64,000 nucleotides of DNA. Source: the human T2T-CHM13v2.0 reference genome, Homo sapiens. The stretch lies in NCBI RefSeq assembly GCF_009914755.1, contig NC_060937.1; one strand, given 5' to 3'. The translations under genes and the position numbers were made by a program. Below, piece after piece: positions 1-18,675 of this stretch; position 1 is the stretch's first letter; each line of letters starts with the position of its first letter. The notes beneath the pieces were generated by a model. That model ran no database searches. It had not been told where the DNA came from and saw only the letters and a program-made list of their open reading frames with translations.

Positions 1-736
1 TGAAATTGTTTTATTTAATTGTATTCTACACTATTGAATCCCTAATATTTCTGTCAGCAATCAATGGAAATGATGATGGCATAAAATCTACACGCCTAAC
101 ATCTAATTTATCAGGAAAAATTAGTGGGTTTAAATACATAATTAGTTTATAAAATGTGGTTTTGAACACATTTACAGAATGAGAGTTTTTATCTGCCAGT
201 TCACTGAAAAGGCCTTTATGAGTGTTTAGGGAACTTTGAGGACAATTGTAAAAGAACTTGTAACCAATTGGAGGATGAGCCTTGGAAGAGGAGCATAAAC
301 TGTTGGCCCAAAATTGTTATGAAACCGTTTCATCTTCCCAAAAACATATTCTGTTTGAGTTCTGAACAGCCATTTCTCTATTTCTGTTCCTCCTCCCTTG
401 CTTTTTGTTTCTCACTGGAGAATGTTAACAGAGTTTGCTAGGTCTAGGTTTTGTTACTTTTGTAAAGATACATAGATGAGTAATTGAAAAATCAAAAAGA
501 TTTGACAAATCAGAAAGCCAGAGTGAGAGACAGAATACACAAATGTGTGATTCTTGAGAGACCCCCAACCATGCTGCCTTCTCTTTAATTTGCAGACCTG
601 TTATGTAGGTGTATTTTCTTTGTTCTCTTTTACCCTGTCAACTAAGCAGGTTAAAGTTGACCCAGCAGCATTTAATAGCTCTTTAGAGATGAAGCAGAAT
701 ACAATGACACAGCAGAATCACTACTTTTAAGCATGA

Positions 737-1119
<383 letters not shown>

Positions 1120-1404
1120 CAGAATAAAGGACTTTCTTTCCTATCTTCAAAATTAACGGAGAATATCAATAAAATAGAACATTGTCAAAACATGATGGTC
1201 CCCTGCTGCCACAGCAAGGACAAGGTAAAACTAGAAAGTAGATGGCAAGCAGAAGCCTGCTTTGTAACAGTGAGTGATTAGCAGTGACTCAAGGGTTTTG
1301 AGCAACTGATCAATTGACGAGAGAAGGAAGGCGACACTGCAAGGGGTGGGAGGGAAATAAATCTGTCTCTATTTTGCTCTACTAAAGAAAATTCTGTTTT
1401 TTAA

Positions 1405-1746
<342 letters not shown>

Positions 1747-4700
1747 TAGATAATCTTTATTGAATATCATAATTTATAAGGTTACAAGCTGGTTAGATAT
1801 CCTGCCATCATCCTCTTGTAGGATAATGGCAATTGACTTCTTCTCTGCAACTATTTCAAAGAAGTCCAGGGAAATGTATTGCAATGGACAAAACCTTATT
1901 GGCCTACATTAATAGATGCTTAGGGCCATGTGTTATACGATTCCAGGGGACAACATTCATGCAGGTGACTTCCTATTTTTGCATAGCAGGTAGGACTCTC
2001 AAACCATGAACATAACTGTGCAAGACATACCCATTTCTTTTCTATAACCGAACTTAATTTCTGACTCTAGGATTCCCATCATCCATTTTTTGGAGGAGAA
2101 TTTATCCTCTGCCTTTCTTGGAAGCCTCCTCCAGCCCCAAATGTGCCATTGCTCTGGGATTTTGCACACCACCAAGTGGATACTGGGAGGAGCCAGGTTT
2201 GAGCCATCTCCAGAGGCTGCCTGTTAAAGTGAATGGCCCCCAGCAAGCAGAAGGAGACTGTGGGTCATCACTAGAGGACAGAACCTGAGGAGGCTGGTAA
2301 GAGGTCATTTGGAAAGTGTCTCATAGAGAATGGTGCAGATTAGCATTCCTTGGTGGGGAGGCATTTAAATAATCTGCAAATACAACCCAACAGAGACTAC
2401 ATTTTAATGACCATTGAGACAGAACCACAAACAGCAAAAGCTAAGTAAAAAGGCCTTTTCTCTTGCTTTCAGCCCTCCTCTTCCCCACTGGAGGGGAGGA
2501 GGGGATGTGGTATTGGGACCTGGAGTTTAGAAGAAGACAGCAGTAGAAACAGCCTGCACTTCCTACTCCTGGTACCCAAACAAAGCCAGAAGTCAGGCTT
2601 CAGTTAAGAGGAGAGAAGCTTTAGTTTAAATTAAAAAATTAAAGTAAGACTTATGTGTACCTAAAGATAAGACTGTAGCTGTAGTTGAAAATTACCAGAA
2701 ATGCTATGGAATCTCCCTGAGATGTTGCCAAGTGGTAGGGAGGATACACCTAGCAGGGCATGGGTGAAGACAGTGGTTTGCTGATTGTATCCTAAAGAGA
2801 ATGTGCTTATGTGCTTTGTCCCTTCCAGTCTGGCTGCCCTCTGAAGCCTCCCTGTCCTCCTTCCTCCCCAGTCACAACTATTACCTGAAGCCATTCTGCA
2901 CTAGGCTCCCACTGCCTCCCTGGAGGCTGCATTTGACTCCTCCCTGCTCCCAGGACTCCCTTTCTTGGGAAACCTCTCTCTCTCTCCTACTTTTTTCAAA
3001 TTCCACTTGTTCCTGCAAATATTTTTTCCCTTATGTATCCTCTATAAACAGTGTAAGTTCTTCTATGGGCTTACATTTTATTTTTAGAAACAAAAGCCAG
3101 AAGGGGCAAAGGCTACTTTACTTTCTACACCTGAAGTAGTGGCTATTGACATGAATATGGAAAGGGCAAAGGACAAATAAAATGGTGAGGAAAAAATATA
3201 AATTATATATCAAAGCCATATGCTGTTCTGCTTTGATTTCTAATGGAACTTAGTCAATCTTGAGCTGATTGGGTTTTGCTGTTGGACACAGAACATGAAT
3301 GTAACTTAAATGAATCACAGCATATTTTATACAGCATATGCTTGCCTTCTTCCCTGTGCTTTATGTGGGCTGTGTAAGAGGGGAAGCAGAGAACTCACCA
3401 TATTTATAATTAAATAATTAGCCTAATAGCTCTTACATATCTGCCTTCCATGCTCAACTGGAAGCTCCATGACTGCCGAAACTATGTCTGTCTTTTCACT
3501 GTGGATCTGAATTTCTTCTCCACAGGTACGTTCTTGTTATATGAATGAGTGAATCTGTCAAAGTGTTAGGTATGTTGGGAGGTGTAGGTCAGGAGTGTGG
3601 CAGCCAGGACCAGGCTACTATTCAGCCTCTTTGTGTGAAGAGCAGGGGATTTGGGAGGGGTGAGTAGATCTGGACTAAGTCGTCTCCTGAGATCCCTTAC
3701 AACCCACCCAACTGTCCGGGGGCTTTCTGATTCAGGGTCAGTCTGGTCTTACATATGACCTGCCATAGCTTTGAGGGTTATAAGATATATTATGATAGGT
3801 TTTGTTCAAGCACTTGTCAAAACAAAAAATTACCAGGCCATTTCTTTTCACTTTCAAGAGGCATGTTAAAATGGCATCAACCCATTAGTAGCATTTATAC
3901 CTATAAACAATAGAAACATCTCAACTTAGTGTCTGCCTTTAAGAGAAAAATTTTAAAAATTAAATTGCCACTTCTTCATATTTATTTAGCATATTCACAG
4001 GCTAAAAAAGAAATAATTGCAGGTCTCTTAAAGGCCTTATGGCTTACTCCAGAGTCAGTAGTTTCCAGTTTAACTTGGACTAATGGGTTGGTCAGCTAAG
4101 GATTGCTTTGGAGAGGGACTTACTTTAATGATTACAGACAACACTGATTCTTAAAGACTTCATGTTCTGAAAAGCATTATAATGATGGAATGATTATAAA
4201 TAATAATATTCATAGGACACTTTATAAAGAATCCTGCCATAGTTATGATTTCATGTCTAAACCAACGCAGGGAGTAGCACATGAACCAATGGTGTAGATC
4301 CTCAGAGACATGTTTCCCTGCTTCCCCACTCCCACCCAGCCTCTGAGTCTCCATACAGCTTGGACTCAAAGATTCTCTTTTATTCCTTCTCCATGATAGT
4401 TAGACCCCCGTGCTCAGTTTCGTGGTCGTTCCAGCACGCAAAGGCTATGGTTTGAAATATCCCAGCCTTTCCTTTCTATTTCATCCATATCCTGCCCATC
4501 GTCTCAAAGATAGCTCATCTTGTTCACTCCTTGAAAATTTGTGAAACATATTTGGTATTTCATTATATTAACTCTTTCAGTGCTGCTGAACTGTTTCATC
4601 TGCTTCAGGTATTAGTGGCAGGAAGGAGAGGACCATGCCTTGCACATTATGTTGCAGAGATTCCCTTAGTAGATGTACACTTGTTGAATAAATGGTCCAG

Positions 4701-5019
4701 AATCATACCAATTGGAATACTTTCTTAAATCAAGTTACATGTTTGTATGGTGCCCTAGAAAATGTCTAGCACTTCTTAGGTGTTCAATAAATATTAATAC
4801 TGCACTTGTAACCTGAGATGTTGAATTTGGTTTTAAAATAAGCCAACAAAGTAAGCAAGCTACTTTCCAGGTATGTTACCTTTTATAACTTCTATGTTTA
4901 CAACTCTACTACCATATTGAGAGAATAACTGTTTAACATGATGACCCTGTGGTAAAAATCCAAACTCATTAAAAAAGAAAAGTTTGAGTTTCAAGTCAGT
5001 TACAAGTAAAATCAAATAA

Positions 5020-5090
5020 AGGAAGAAAGGAAGGAAAGCATGAGGGAGGGAAGGAGAGAGGGAGGGAGGAAAGAAGAAAAAAAGAAAAAT
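5020..5090. repeat. GA-rich low-complexity tract
   Basis: ggaag/ggagg repeats. Confidence 0.7.
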
Positions 5091-6670
5091 TAAAATGCAT
5101 TTGACATATTGAATGTATTAATTCAATTGCCAACCATTCTTTTGCAGTGCCTCCTAATCCTGGACAACAGAACATTGCTGGACAACCATGGCAAAGCTGA
5201 GCTCAGTGGGCTCACCATGGATTTACTCTGATCTGCATTACTTAGATCATTAATGTCAATCCCTTTTTTCCCAGTAGCTTTATGTCTGTTCACATCATTT
5301 CATTCTCAATTGCACTAGCTCTATGCTTTTACCCTTAGCTGTTATCCTCACCCTCTATCTAAACAAGAGCTCCTTTGATTTCCTTCCTCCTCACTTTAAA
5401 ATTTTCTTTTGCCTTTGATCGTTCTCTTATTTTTCTCATCCTGTCTCAGGAATGCTCTTTCTTCCCAAGGCTATGCCTTCCTCTCTGTATGGATCCTGTC
5501 CCCTCCTGGCTTTCCAGGACTACTGCATGAATTACCTTCTATTTTCTTGCATCTTCAGTGTCACCCTTTTCATGAGCTCTGCAACAGTCCTATTGCCCAA
5601 GCTCTAGAAAATCCCCCTCTTAAATTATTGTATTTCTAGCCTTTCATTTACTATCTCATTTCTCAAAAGTGCAATAAACATGTAATTTCCCTTTTTCTAC
5701 TCTTTTGGTTTGAGGCATATTATCCTTCTATTTCTCACACCTAAGGCCTCAAATTCCACCTGTAAGGGGGTGAGCTTGCACTTAGGTTCTAGGCTAAATC
5801 TAGTCACAAGAAAGCAACTAGTGCAGTTAGATTCACAGTTTAGAGTGTCTGTGGAAATGCTTCACCTTGGGATGGGATTCTGCCTGCATTACTGTTACTT
5901 AAGCATACTGATGCCACCTGGATATTCACCTGCTTCAGCTTCTGCCTGTTGACCCCTTGCACACTACTTTCTCCCCCTCTCATGTTTGGAAGAATCAACC
6001 TCAAAATGTTAACTTCATTATTGATAAAGCCAACTGGGGAACATGTCTTTAGATGTTTGGTCAAAAGCCTTGCTGAGTTGAATTTTCTCCTACAACAGCA
6101 GCCCAGAATGCACTCTCTCTGCACTTGGTTTGCAGGCTGGCTTATGGAGAGTCAGGGGTTAAGTGTTCTTCCAACTTTGCAAAAGATAAATCAGTCATCT
6201 ACTAGGAAAAGAGGAAAATCAGAGATAAGCTGAAAGCATTCCTCTCATAATTTTCCATTCCTGGGGAGTAGATTTGACATTTTCTTCCCTTAATGGAAAC
6301 ATGAGTCATGAGGAATAAATGCTCCCTGCTATCAGTCCTCTCTCTCCCTTCTAGGGCTTCTCCTGGTTCCTGTTCGGCCCCCAGAAAGCTTGTCTAATCT
6401 TGGCTAGCCTGATCCAGCCTCCACCAGCCCCGATGCTGCTGGTATACACTTGCTCCTTAACCACACATACTGTGGTTTCTGCTTTAACAATCAGCCATAG
6501 GATTTTAATTACCCAATCTAGCCACACGTTCTCAGTCCTTTTCTTCTCTAACTTCTCAGCTCAAAAATTTTGAATACATCCCATTTGATTGTGGACAAAG
6601 AGGCAATGATCATGGGGTAATGCACTATGTTTTTGTACACTAAGTTTCTTTTGTAAATACCATTGTTTCT

Positions 6671-6994
<324 letters not shown>

Positions 6995-7099
6995 CTAATT
7001 TTTTTTTTAAAAAAAAGCTGTTTCCTTAACATTCCAGTATGCTCTATTCTAAGGCTTTTCTAAAAATCAGTATTCATATAAAAAATACTTTCTACTGAT

Positions 7100-7500
7100 G
7101 TAGAAGAGGGGTAAGAACTTTGGAGTGAAAACAGATTAAAGCTTGGGTTTGAATTCCAGTTCTGACACTTACTAATTAAATGACTTTATTTAATTTCTCA
7201 TCACTTTAGTAATTTCATTTCTAAACTGGTGATTAACAGTGGCTAATGTGTATTAAATACATAATGCTAATCACTGAGGGCTTTATATGCATTATCTTAT
7301 TTAATCTTACAACTCCATGAAGTAATCCTATTATTATTTCCATTTTACAGATTTTTAAAATGAGATTTAATGAACAAAAGAAACTCGCCCAAAGTCACAC
7401 AACCAGTAAGTGAGAGAGTTTGGAATAAAATCTAATAAAACACATATTTGAACTCAAGTTTATGTAAATCCGAAGTTAAAGCTCTTAAAAGCTGTGCTTT
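7100..7500. mobile_element. MIR fragments (opposite orientations)
   Basis: gggtttgaattccagttctgacacttact core and cattttacagat...gcccaaagtcacac core. Confidence 0.65.
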
Positions 7501-7754
7501 TCTTTTTCTGTACTTAGTATATGCAAAGATCTCCTACAGTGCCTTGTGCTGATTATGAAGTCACCAGACAATAGCTGTCATTATCATCACTGCCATCATT
7601 ATTGTAAACAAAACATTACGTTCGAGCTTGGCCATCAGTCTTTTTGCAGTGTTTTTCAATTTGGTTTCTTATTATGGATTCACTAAAAGGAGTCAATTTC
7701 TCTTTTTATATGGACACTTTGTAGTAGAATTGAAGATAACAATTATTAGATAAA

Positions 7755-7990
7755 TTGACATGGTGTTATTCATGTACTAGAAGGAAACATTGACATATTT
7801 CTTAATAAGCTGAGTATGAGAAAAACTTTCCTAACTATGACACAAAATACAAAAACAGTAAAACAATTGATCAGTTCAACTACATAAAAATAAAACAACT
7901 TTTGCATGGCAAAAGTAATATAAAAAAGTAAAAAGACAAATGACAAGCTGGGGAAAATAATTGCTACTTCTGTCACAAACGAAAGATTAT
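7755..7990 (+). mobile_element. Old L1M ORF2 fragment (appears to resume at about 9925)
   Basis: Degenerate ORF2 3' sequence. Confidence 0.6.
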
Positions 7991-8009
7991 TCTGGCATGA
8001 AGACAGCCA

Positions 8010-8723
<714 letters not shown>

Positions 8724-9200
8724 AACTTTTTTTCCTTCATTTCAACTTTGGTGAAACTGACAATTATGTGTCTTGGAGTTGCTCTTCTCGAGGAGTATCT
8801 TTGTGGCGTTCTCTGTATTTTCTGAATTTGAATGTTGGCCTGCCTTGCTTGATTGGGGAAGTTCTCCTGGATAATATCCTGCAGAGTGTTTTCCAACTTG
8901 GTTCCATTCTCCCCGTCACTTTCAGGTACACCAATCAGACGTAGATTTGGTCTTTTCACATAGTCCCATATTTCTTGGAGGCTTTGTTTGTTTCTTTTTA
9001 TTCTTTTTTCTCTAAACTTCTCTTCTCGCTTCATTTCATTCATTTGATCTTCCATCACTGATACCCTTTCTTCCAGTTGATTGAATTGGCTCCTGAGGCT
9101 TGTGCATTCGTCACGTAGTTCTCGTGCCGTGGTTTTCAGCTCCATCAGGTCTTTTAAGGACTTCTCTGCATTGGTTATTTTAGTTAGCCATTCATCTAAT
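8724..9200 (-). mobile_element. L1PA ORF1 fragment (inverted relative to the adjacent 3' segment)
   Basis: Translates to ORF1p: DEWLTKITNAEKSL...SLQEIWDYVKRPNLRLIG...KVEMKEK. Confidence 0.95.
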
Positions 9201-9206
9201 TGTGAT

Positions 9207-9922
9207 CGGTGTGCTGCACCCACTGTCCTGCACCCACTGTCCGACACTCCCCAGTGAGATGAACAGGTGCTGGAGAGGATGTGGAGAAATAGGAACACTT
9301 TTACACAGTTAATGGGACTGTAAACTAGTTCAACCATTGTGGAAGTCAGTGTGGCGATTCCTCAGGGATCTAGAACTAGAAATACCATCTGACCCAGCCA
9401 TCCCATTACTGGGTATATGCCCAAAGGATTATAAAACATGCTGCTATGAAGGCACATGCACACGTATGTTTATCGCGGCACTATTCACAATAGCAAAGAT
9501 TTGGAACCAAGCCAAATGTCCAACAACCATAGACTGGATTAAGAAAATGTGGCACATATACACCATGGAATACTATGCAGCCATAAAAAATGATGAGTTC
9601 ATGTCCTTTGTAGGGACATGGATGAAGCTGGAAACCATCATTCTCAGCAAACTATCACAAGGACAAAAAAAACCAAATACCACATGTTCTCACTCCTAGG
9701 TGGGAATTGAACAATGAGAACACATGGACACAGGAAGGGGAACATCACACACTGGGGCCTGTTGTGGGGTGGGGGAAGGGGGGAGGGATAGCATTAGGAG
9801 AAATACCTAATGTAAATGACGAGTTAATGGGTGCAGCACACCTTCATGGCACGTGTATACATGTGTAACAAACTTGCATGTTGTGCACATGTACCCTAAA
9901 ACTTAAAGTATAATTAAAAAAA
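9207..9922 (+). mobile_element. L1PA4/5-like element: inverted 5'UTR piece plus ORF2 end, 3'UTR and short A tail
   Basis: ORF2 C-terminus ([14 protein letters not shown]...), G-rich 3'UTR; no TSD seen. Confidence 0.93.
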
Positions 9923-9924
9923 TA

Positions 9925-11640
9925 TTTAGCAGAAAAAGAAATGCTTATGGCCTTTAAACATATGAACGATGTTGAACCTCACTTATTAGATAAAAGCATA
10001 TTAAAATATATTTGTATAATAGTTCTCTGACCTGTTATGTAGGAAAAATCCAAAAGCTTTACAATGTACAGCGATGGTAAGGCTTTGGAGAAGCAAACAG
10101 TCTCATACATTGTTGGTGTGATTATAAAAATGGTAGGTAAAACACCAGGGGACAGAATTCAGTAATATCTAGCAAAATTATGTGTGTATGTATGTTTTCA
10201 GCAAGCAATTCCACTTCTAGGAGTCTATTCCAAAGATATACTAGCTAAAATAGAAAATGACGTTTTCATGAGGGAGCATCCATTGCAGTACTATTTGTAA
10301 CAACAAAAGATTACAAACAACCCAAATATTCATTAAAAGTTGAATAATCCATGGACATCCATTAGAATGAAAAGTGATGTAATTATGAAAAAGAAATTAG
10401 GAAGACCTCTATGTATCACTGTGGAGATATGTCCAGTATATTTAGTAAAAATAAGCAACAAAGCCAACAAAGTTTAAACAGCCTATACTACGCTACTTTT
10501 TGTCTCATAAAGGGATAAATACAGTACTTCTTATATTTAAAAAGAAACAATGAAATAATGAATCAAAAAAATAAAAATTGTATGCCATAGAGGGATAAGG
10601 AAAATAAGAAGAGAGCAGAAATGGAATCCAGACCTCCCTAAAGTTACCTTATTTTATAATTTTAATTTGTAAACATGTAAATATCTCACATAATTAAAAA
10701 ATAAGATGAAATAAAGATTTTAAAATGTGATTTCTAAAAATATAAAAATGTGATTTCTAAAAATATGAAAAAGAGAAACAAAATACATATTTTGTCTGTT
10801 CGTTGCCAGTAGAATATCATAAGGACAAAAAGACCCAAAAACCTGAAGTTTTTTTTTATTGTCAATAAAATTGTTATTATTATTTTGAAACAATAAATAT
10901 TTGTATTAATGTGATTTAGGATCTAAAATTTTCAGCACAGGAGAAAAAAGTGCATCTATAAAAGTGAAGGTGTTAAGGAAAACTCTATGTAATCTTTGAC
11001 TTGAAAAACATAGTATAAACTGATGGGTTTTTAAAAATCAGTCCAAACTATTGTCAAAAATACAGTAGAAACTGATGATTTACTTATAAGTCCAAAAATA
11101 TTGTTATTTTCTACCTCTACCCACAGAAAAGCCTGAGGGATAGTGACAACCTAGTTTTGATGAACACCCTTAATGCTGAGCTTGTGGTTTCTAAATACTA
11201 TTTCCTAATTTAAAAAAACACAGGAGCTCCACGGTAAAGTAGCAGGTTTCAGGTCTAAGGCGGGGAATATAGATGGTAAGTATGAGACAACTTGACACTC
11301 CTTAAGCAAGTAAGTTACAAAAACTTGGGGTTTTGCCGAAAGGACATTAAAGGTAACTTGAGAAGCTCTCACTGGTCAAAGATAGGGCTATTTGAACATC
11401 AATAATAATACTGTCACTGATTACAACATCAAATATATAAAAATCTACGAGTTAATTATAATGCTTTGAAAAGGGAATCTGGCTTATTACCTTTGAATAT
11501 GGCTAGAACACTGGCTTCTTATTCTAAAAATTGAAAACTAAAATGAAAGAATCGAGTATCAATCCTGCCTCTCTTCTATGAACCATGTTTCCAGTTAATC
11601 AAAGAGCTGATGAAGCAGAATTTTTCTTCATATAAGAATC
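9925..11640 (+). mobile_element. Old L1M (L1MC/ME-type) 3' region
   Basis: Degenerate ORF2 end (gcaattccacttctagg) followed by A-rich 3'UTR-like sequence. Confidence 0.55.
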
Positions 11641-11960
11641 ACAGGAAATAAATCAGTTTCTCATCTCTAAAATGAGAATATTTGTGATCCACTTTATAGT
11701 GTTGCTGTGGCTCACAGTAAAGGTCCAGTACACGTTAGCTTTTATAATTACACATTTTGAAGGGTATGCGTTCTTTTAAAAATTGCTGTAGAGAAAACAC
11801 ACATGCTATTGAGAATATTCTTGAAAAGTATTTTTCTATTTAGAACAATGTTTGATATCAACTTATAATAGTGCTATCCTAAACCAAATTTTATTCTCAA
11901 ATGTCTTATTCCATATGCTATTCCATAAGGTCCAGGATAAGCCAGTAAGAAAAATGTGTT

Positions 11961-14901
<2,941 letters not shown>

Positions 14902-15254
14902 AAAAAATGTATTAAATGACAATAAATAATGATTTCATGTTTTAGCAAGGAGTTTAACCCTTTTTCATGCCAACGGAATCTCTCAGATTGGAGGAGTCAG
15001 TTCAATATGAGTGAACAATATGCTATGACTACCATGAAAAGCACATGTAAACTGAGGTTGCATTAGTAGAAACCTGAGTCCCAAATATGGGATGAAATAG
15101 ACCTCTTCTATAAGCAACTAATAAGACTATATCTTTAGTATCTTTTTGTTTTCTTCAACTTTCATAGGACAATGTGAAGGAAGAGTATATCCAAAGGGAT
15201 GTAACTAGCATGGTGAAAGGACTCGCACTTATGCCACATAAGTTGTGATAGAAA

Positions 15255-16830
15255 CGGAACTCCTACCTTTCACTACATACAGAAATTAACTCAAGATGGA
15301 TTAAAAACTTAAATGTAAGACCTCAAACTATAAAATCCTAGAACAAAACCTAAAAAATACTTTTGTGGACATCAGCCTAGGCAAAGAGTTTATGACTAAG
15401 TCTTCAAAAGCAATTGTAACAAAAACAAAAATTGATAATTTGGCCTTAATTAAACTAAAGACCTTCTGCACAGCAAAAGAACTATCAACAGAGTAAACAA
15501 TCTACAGAATGGGAGAAAATATTTGCAAACTATGCAGCTGACAAAGGTCTAATATTCAGAATCTTTAAGGAACTTAAACAAATCAACAAGAAAAAATCAA
15601 CCCCATTAAAAAGTGGGCAAAGGACATGAACAGATGCTTCTGGAAAGAAGATATACAAGTGGCCAACAAACATATGAAAAAATGGTCAGCATTACTAATC
15701 ATCAGAGAAATGCAAATCAAACCCACAATGAGATGCCATCTCATACTAGTCAGAATGGCTATTGTTAAAAAGTCGAAAACAACAGATGCTGGTGAGGCTG
15801 CAGAGAAAAGACAATGCTTATACATTGTTGGTGGGCATGTAAATTAGTTCAGCCACTGTGGAAAGCAATTTGAAGGTTTCTCAAAAAACCAAAAATAGAA
15901 CTACCATTCAACCCAGCAGTCCCATTACTGGGTATATACTCAAAGGAAAATAAATTGTTCTACCAAAAAGACCCTTGCACGGGTATGTACTTTAATTAAA
16001 GCACTATTCGCAATAGCAAAGACATGCAATCAACCTAGGTACCTATAAATGGTGGACTGGATAAATAAAATGTGGTACATATACACCATGGAATACTATG
16101 CATCCATGAGAAAGAATGAAATCATGTCCTTTTCAGCAATATGGATGCATCTGGAGGCCACCATTCTAAGTGAATTAACACAGAAAAAGAAAACCAAAAT
16201 TTGCATGCTGTCACTTATAACTGGGAGCTAAATGCTGGATACACACAGACATAAAGATAGTACAGGGGACTCTAAAAGGAGGGGGTAGGGCAAGGGCTGA
16301 AAAATGGGGAGCTAAATGCTGGGTACACACAGACATAAAGATAGAGATTGGGGACTCTAAAAGGAGGGTGTAGGCCAGGGATGGTGGCTCACGCCTATAA
16401 TCCCAGTATTTTGGGAGGCCAACTTGGGTGGATCACCTGAGATCAGGAGTTCGAGACCAGCCTGGCCAACATGGCAAAACCTTGTCTCTACTAAAAATGT
16501 AAATATTAGCTGGGCGTGGTGGTGTGCGCTTGTAGTCCCAGCTACTTGGGAGGCTGAGGCAGGAGAATCACTTGAACTCGGGAGGCGGAGGTTGCAGTGA
16601 GTTGAGATCACACCATTGCACTACAGCCTGGGCGACGGAGTGAGACTCCGTCTCAAAAAAAAAAAAAAAAAAAAAAGGGAGGGAGTAGGGCAAGGGCTGA
16701 AAAACTTCCTGTTGGGTATGTCTTCACTATCTGGGTCATGGAATCACTAGAAGTGGAACCTCAGCATCATGCAATATACCCTGTAACAAACATGCACATG
16801 TACCTCTTGAATCTAAAATGAAAATAAACA
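15255..16830 (+). mobile_element. L1PB-type 3' fragment
   Basis: Decayed ORF2 C-terminal ORFs (15626.., 16049..) and 3'UTR ending aatctaaaatgaaaataaa. Confidence 0.85.
16373..16677 (+). mobile_element. AluS
   Basis: Dimer, pure A tail, TSD-like aaaggagggtgta / aagggagggagta. Confidence 0.93.
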
Positions 16831-18427
16831 TTTTTAGAAAAGAAGAACTGGAAGTATTTAACCCAGAGAAAACAGTACTTGGTCTGGACATGGGCTAAAT
16901 ATTCCCAGCAATTTGAAACACAACTTACAGTCACTCTTTAAAAAACGCAAGTAGAATATATTGTCTGTAATGCTTTGTAATCTACTTTTTGTCTTAACTC
17001 TTTCGATGAATTTATACTCTTGGAAATATGCACATTATTAAGTTATTTTTCCCCCATTATTTGGTAAGGTACATTTAGCCTTTCATTTTTTTCTTCACTC
17101 TACTCTAGTGCTCACCATATTAAATAGTGCTATATTGTTAATTCAGATTCAAAGAATGCATACAATTTCAGGGACACTGTATTTTTGAACTTACTTACCT
17201 AAATTGTGATGTATTCACAATTAAAATAGTTAATATCATAAAACACACACTATCTCTTTGATATATGGGATATTAAATCATGTTACTGTGGTCGTTTATT
17301 TATTAGCTACCCAGTGCTTTTCCATTTTGCTATGTACATTATTTCTCAAATATCCCTGGTTAAAGCAGCCATAATTGTGCTAAACTGTATTTGATAATTA
17401 AAGCATCTGGGAAACATCTTAATGAAAGCTCAAAAATCCCTTTGTACTAGAAAATTTGCACTCTCTAAGGCCTAATAAGCGTGGTTAAGAATACCTGTGA
17501 TGCCAAAACTCTGAAAAGTACTCAAAACCCCTGTGCCATCAACTAATAGGATATTGTAACTTTAGAGAAAAAAAGTAAAGACTACTTGAAAGTGATCAAA
17601 ATAGAGGTTATTTTCAGCAGTGCAAAAAATAATTTAATAGACACAGAAAGCTGGTTTTCTGAAAATGACTTTGCTTTAGGTGTAATAGGAAAGCTATAAA
17701 GCATATCATTGGAAAAAACTATACTAGAATTATAGTTAAATTTCATAATCATGCATAGTCATATAGAAACAATAAAACAAAGTTAAATTGCCCAAAATCA
17801 TCTTAAATATTTATTACATTTATGACTAATTTATAATACTGTATTCAGAGAACTGTTATGATTTCCATTTTTAATAAGAATTTTCCTTTCTCTTCCCAGA
17901 CAGTCCCACTTGGTTAGCTATATTTTCATGAAGCTTATTACAGCGTTTTCTTTTAAAGATGGAACACTTTACATAATTTTTCAACATATCAAACTCTTTT
18001 AAAGCATGGTTCAAAGTATTTATAATGAAAGGACACAAAAGCATATTTCTTGTGGTTTGTTAAGCACATTTACTTTCATTAGAGCTACCTAAAAGTATCA
18101 TTACATTTTCCAGAAAAGCATTTTCAAAAAAAGCTTTGATATTTATAAATGTTCATACATTTTGGTGTAAAATTATACAAGTAGATTTTGGAAATAGTCC
18201 AGGAAAAACTAATTTTCATGTTCTTTTATAAATCATAAGTGAATTATCTTTTATTTGGTATCATCTTATGTCAATCAAATGCTAGACTGTCCATAATGAA
18301 GCCCAAGACTCAAAAGCTTAAAATGATTTTAACCTATTCTAAACAAAAGGCTTACATAAGTTCTCTAAGTTGTAAACCTCTGTCTCTATAAATTTGATTC
18401 AGAAATCATGATACAGATTTTTTGGTA

Positions 18428-18675
18428 CAGTTGACCCTCGAATAACACAGGTTTGGACTGCATGGCTTGTGTGGGTCCACTTATACGGGATTCCTTTTCA
18501 TCCAAATGCAGATGAAAAATACAGTATTCTAGGGATGTACACCCACATATATGGACGGTTGACTTTTGCTATACAGAAGTTCTGCAGGGCTGACTGTGGG
18601 CTTGAGCGTGCTCAGATTTTGTTACACATAGGGGTCCTGGAACCCATCCCTCGTTTATATGGAGGGATGGCTCTA
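18428..18675 (+). mobile_element. MER8 (Tigger2-derived DNA transposon)
   Basis: TA|cagttgaccctcgaataacacaggtttg start, about 245 bp, matches recalled consensus. Confidence 0.8.

Noticed and set aside
1800-6600. Possible exons or genes in the less repetitive left region
   Set aside because: No recognisable protein similarity or consistent splice chain; partly old repeat fragments I cannot name reliably
9198-9922. Duplicated junction as an assembly artefact
   Set aside because: The copies differ at many positions, including opposite-strand decay of one CpG and small indels, indicating an old real event
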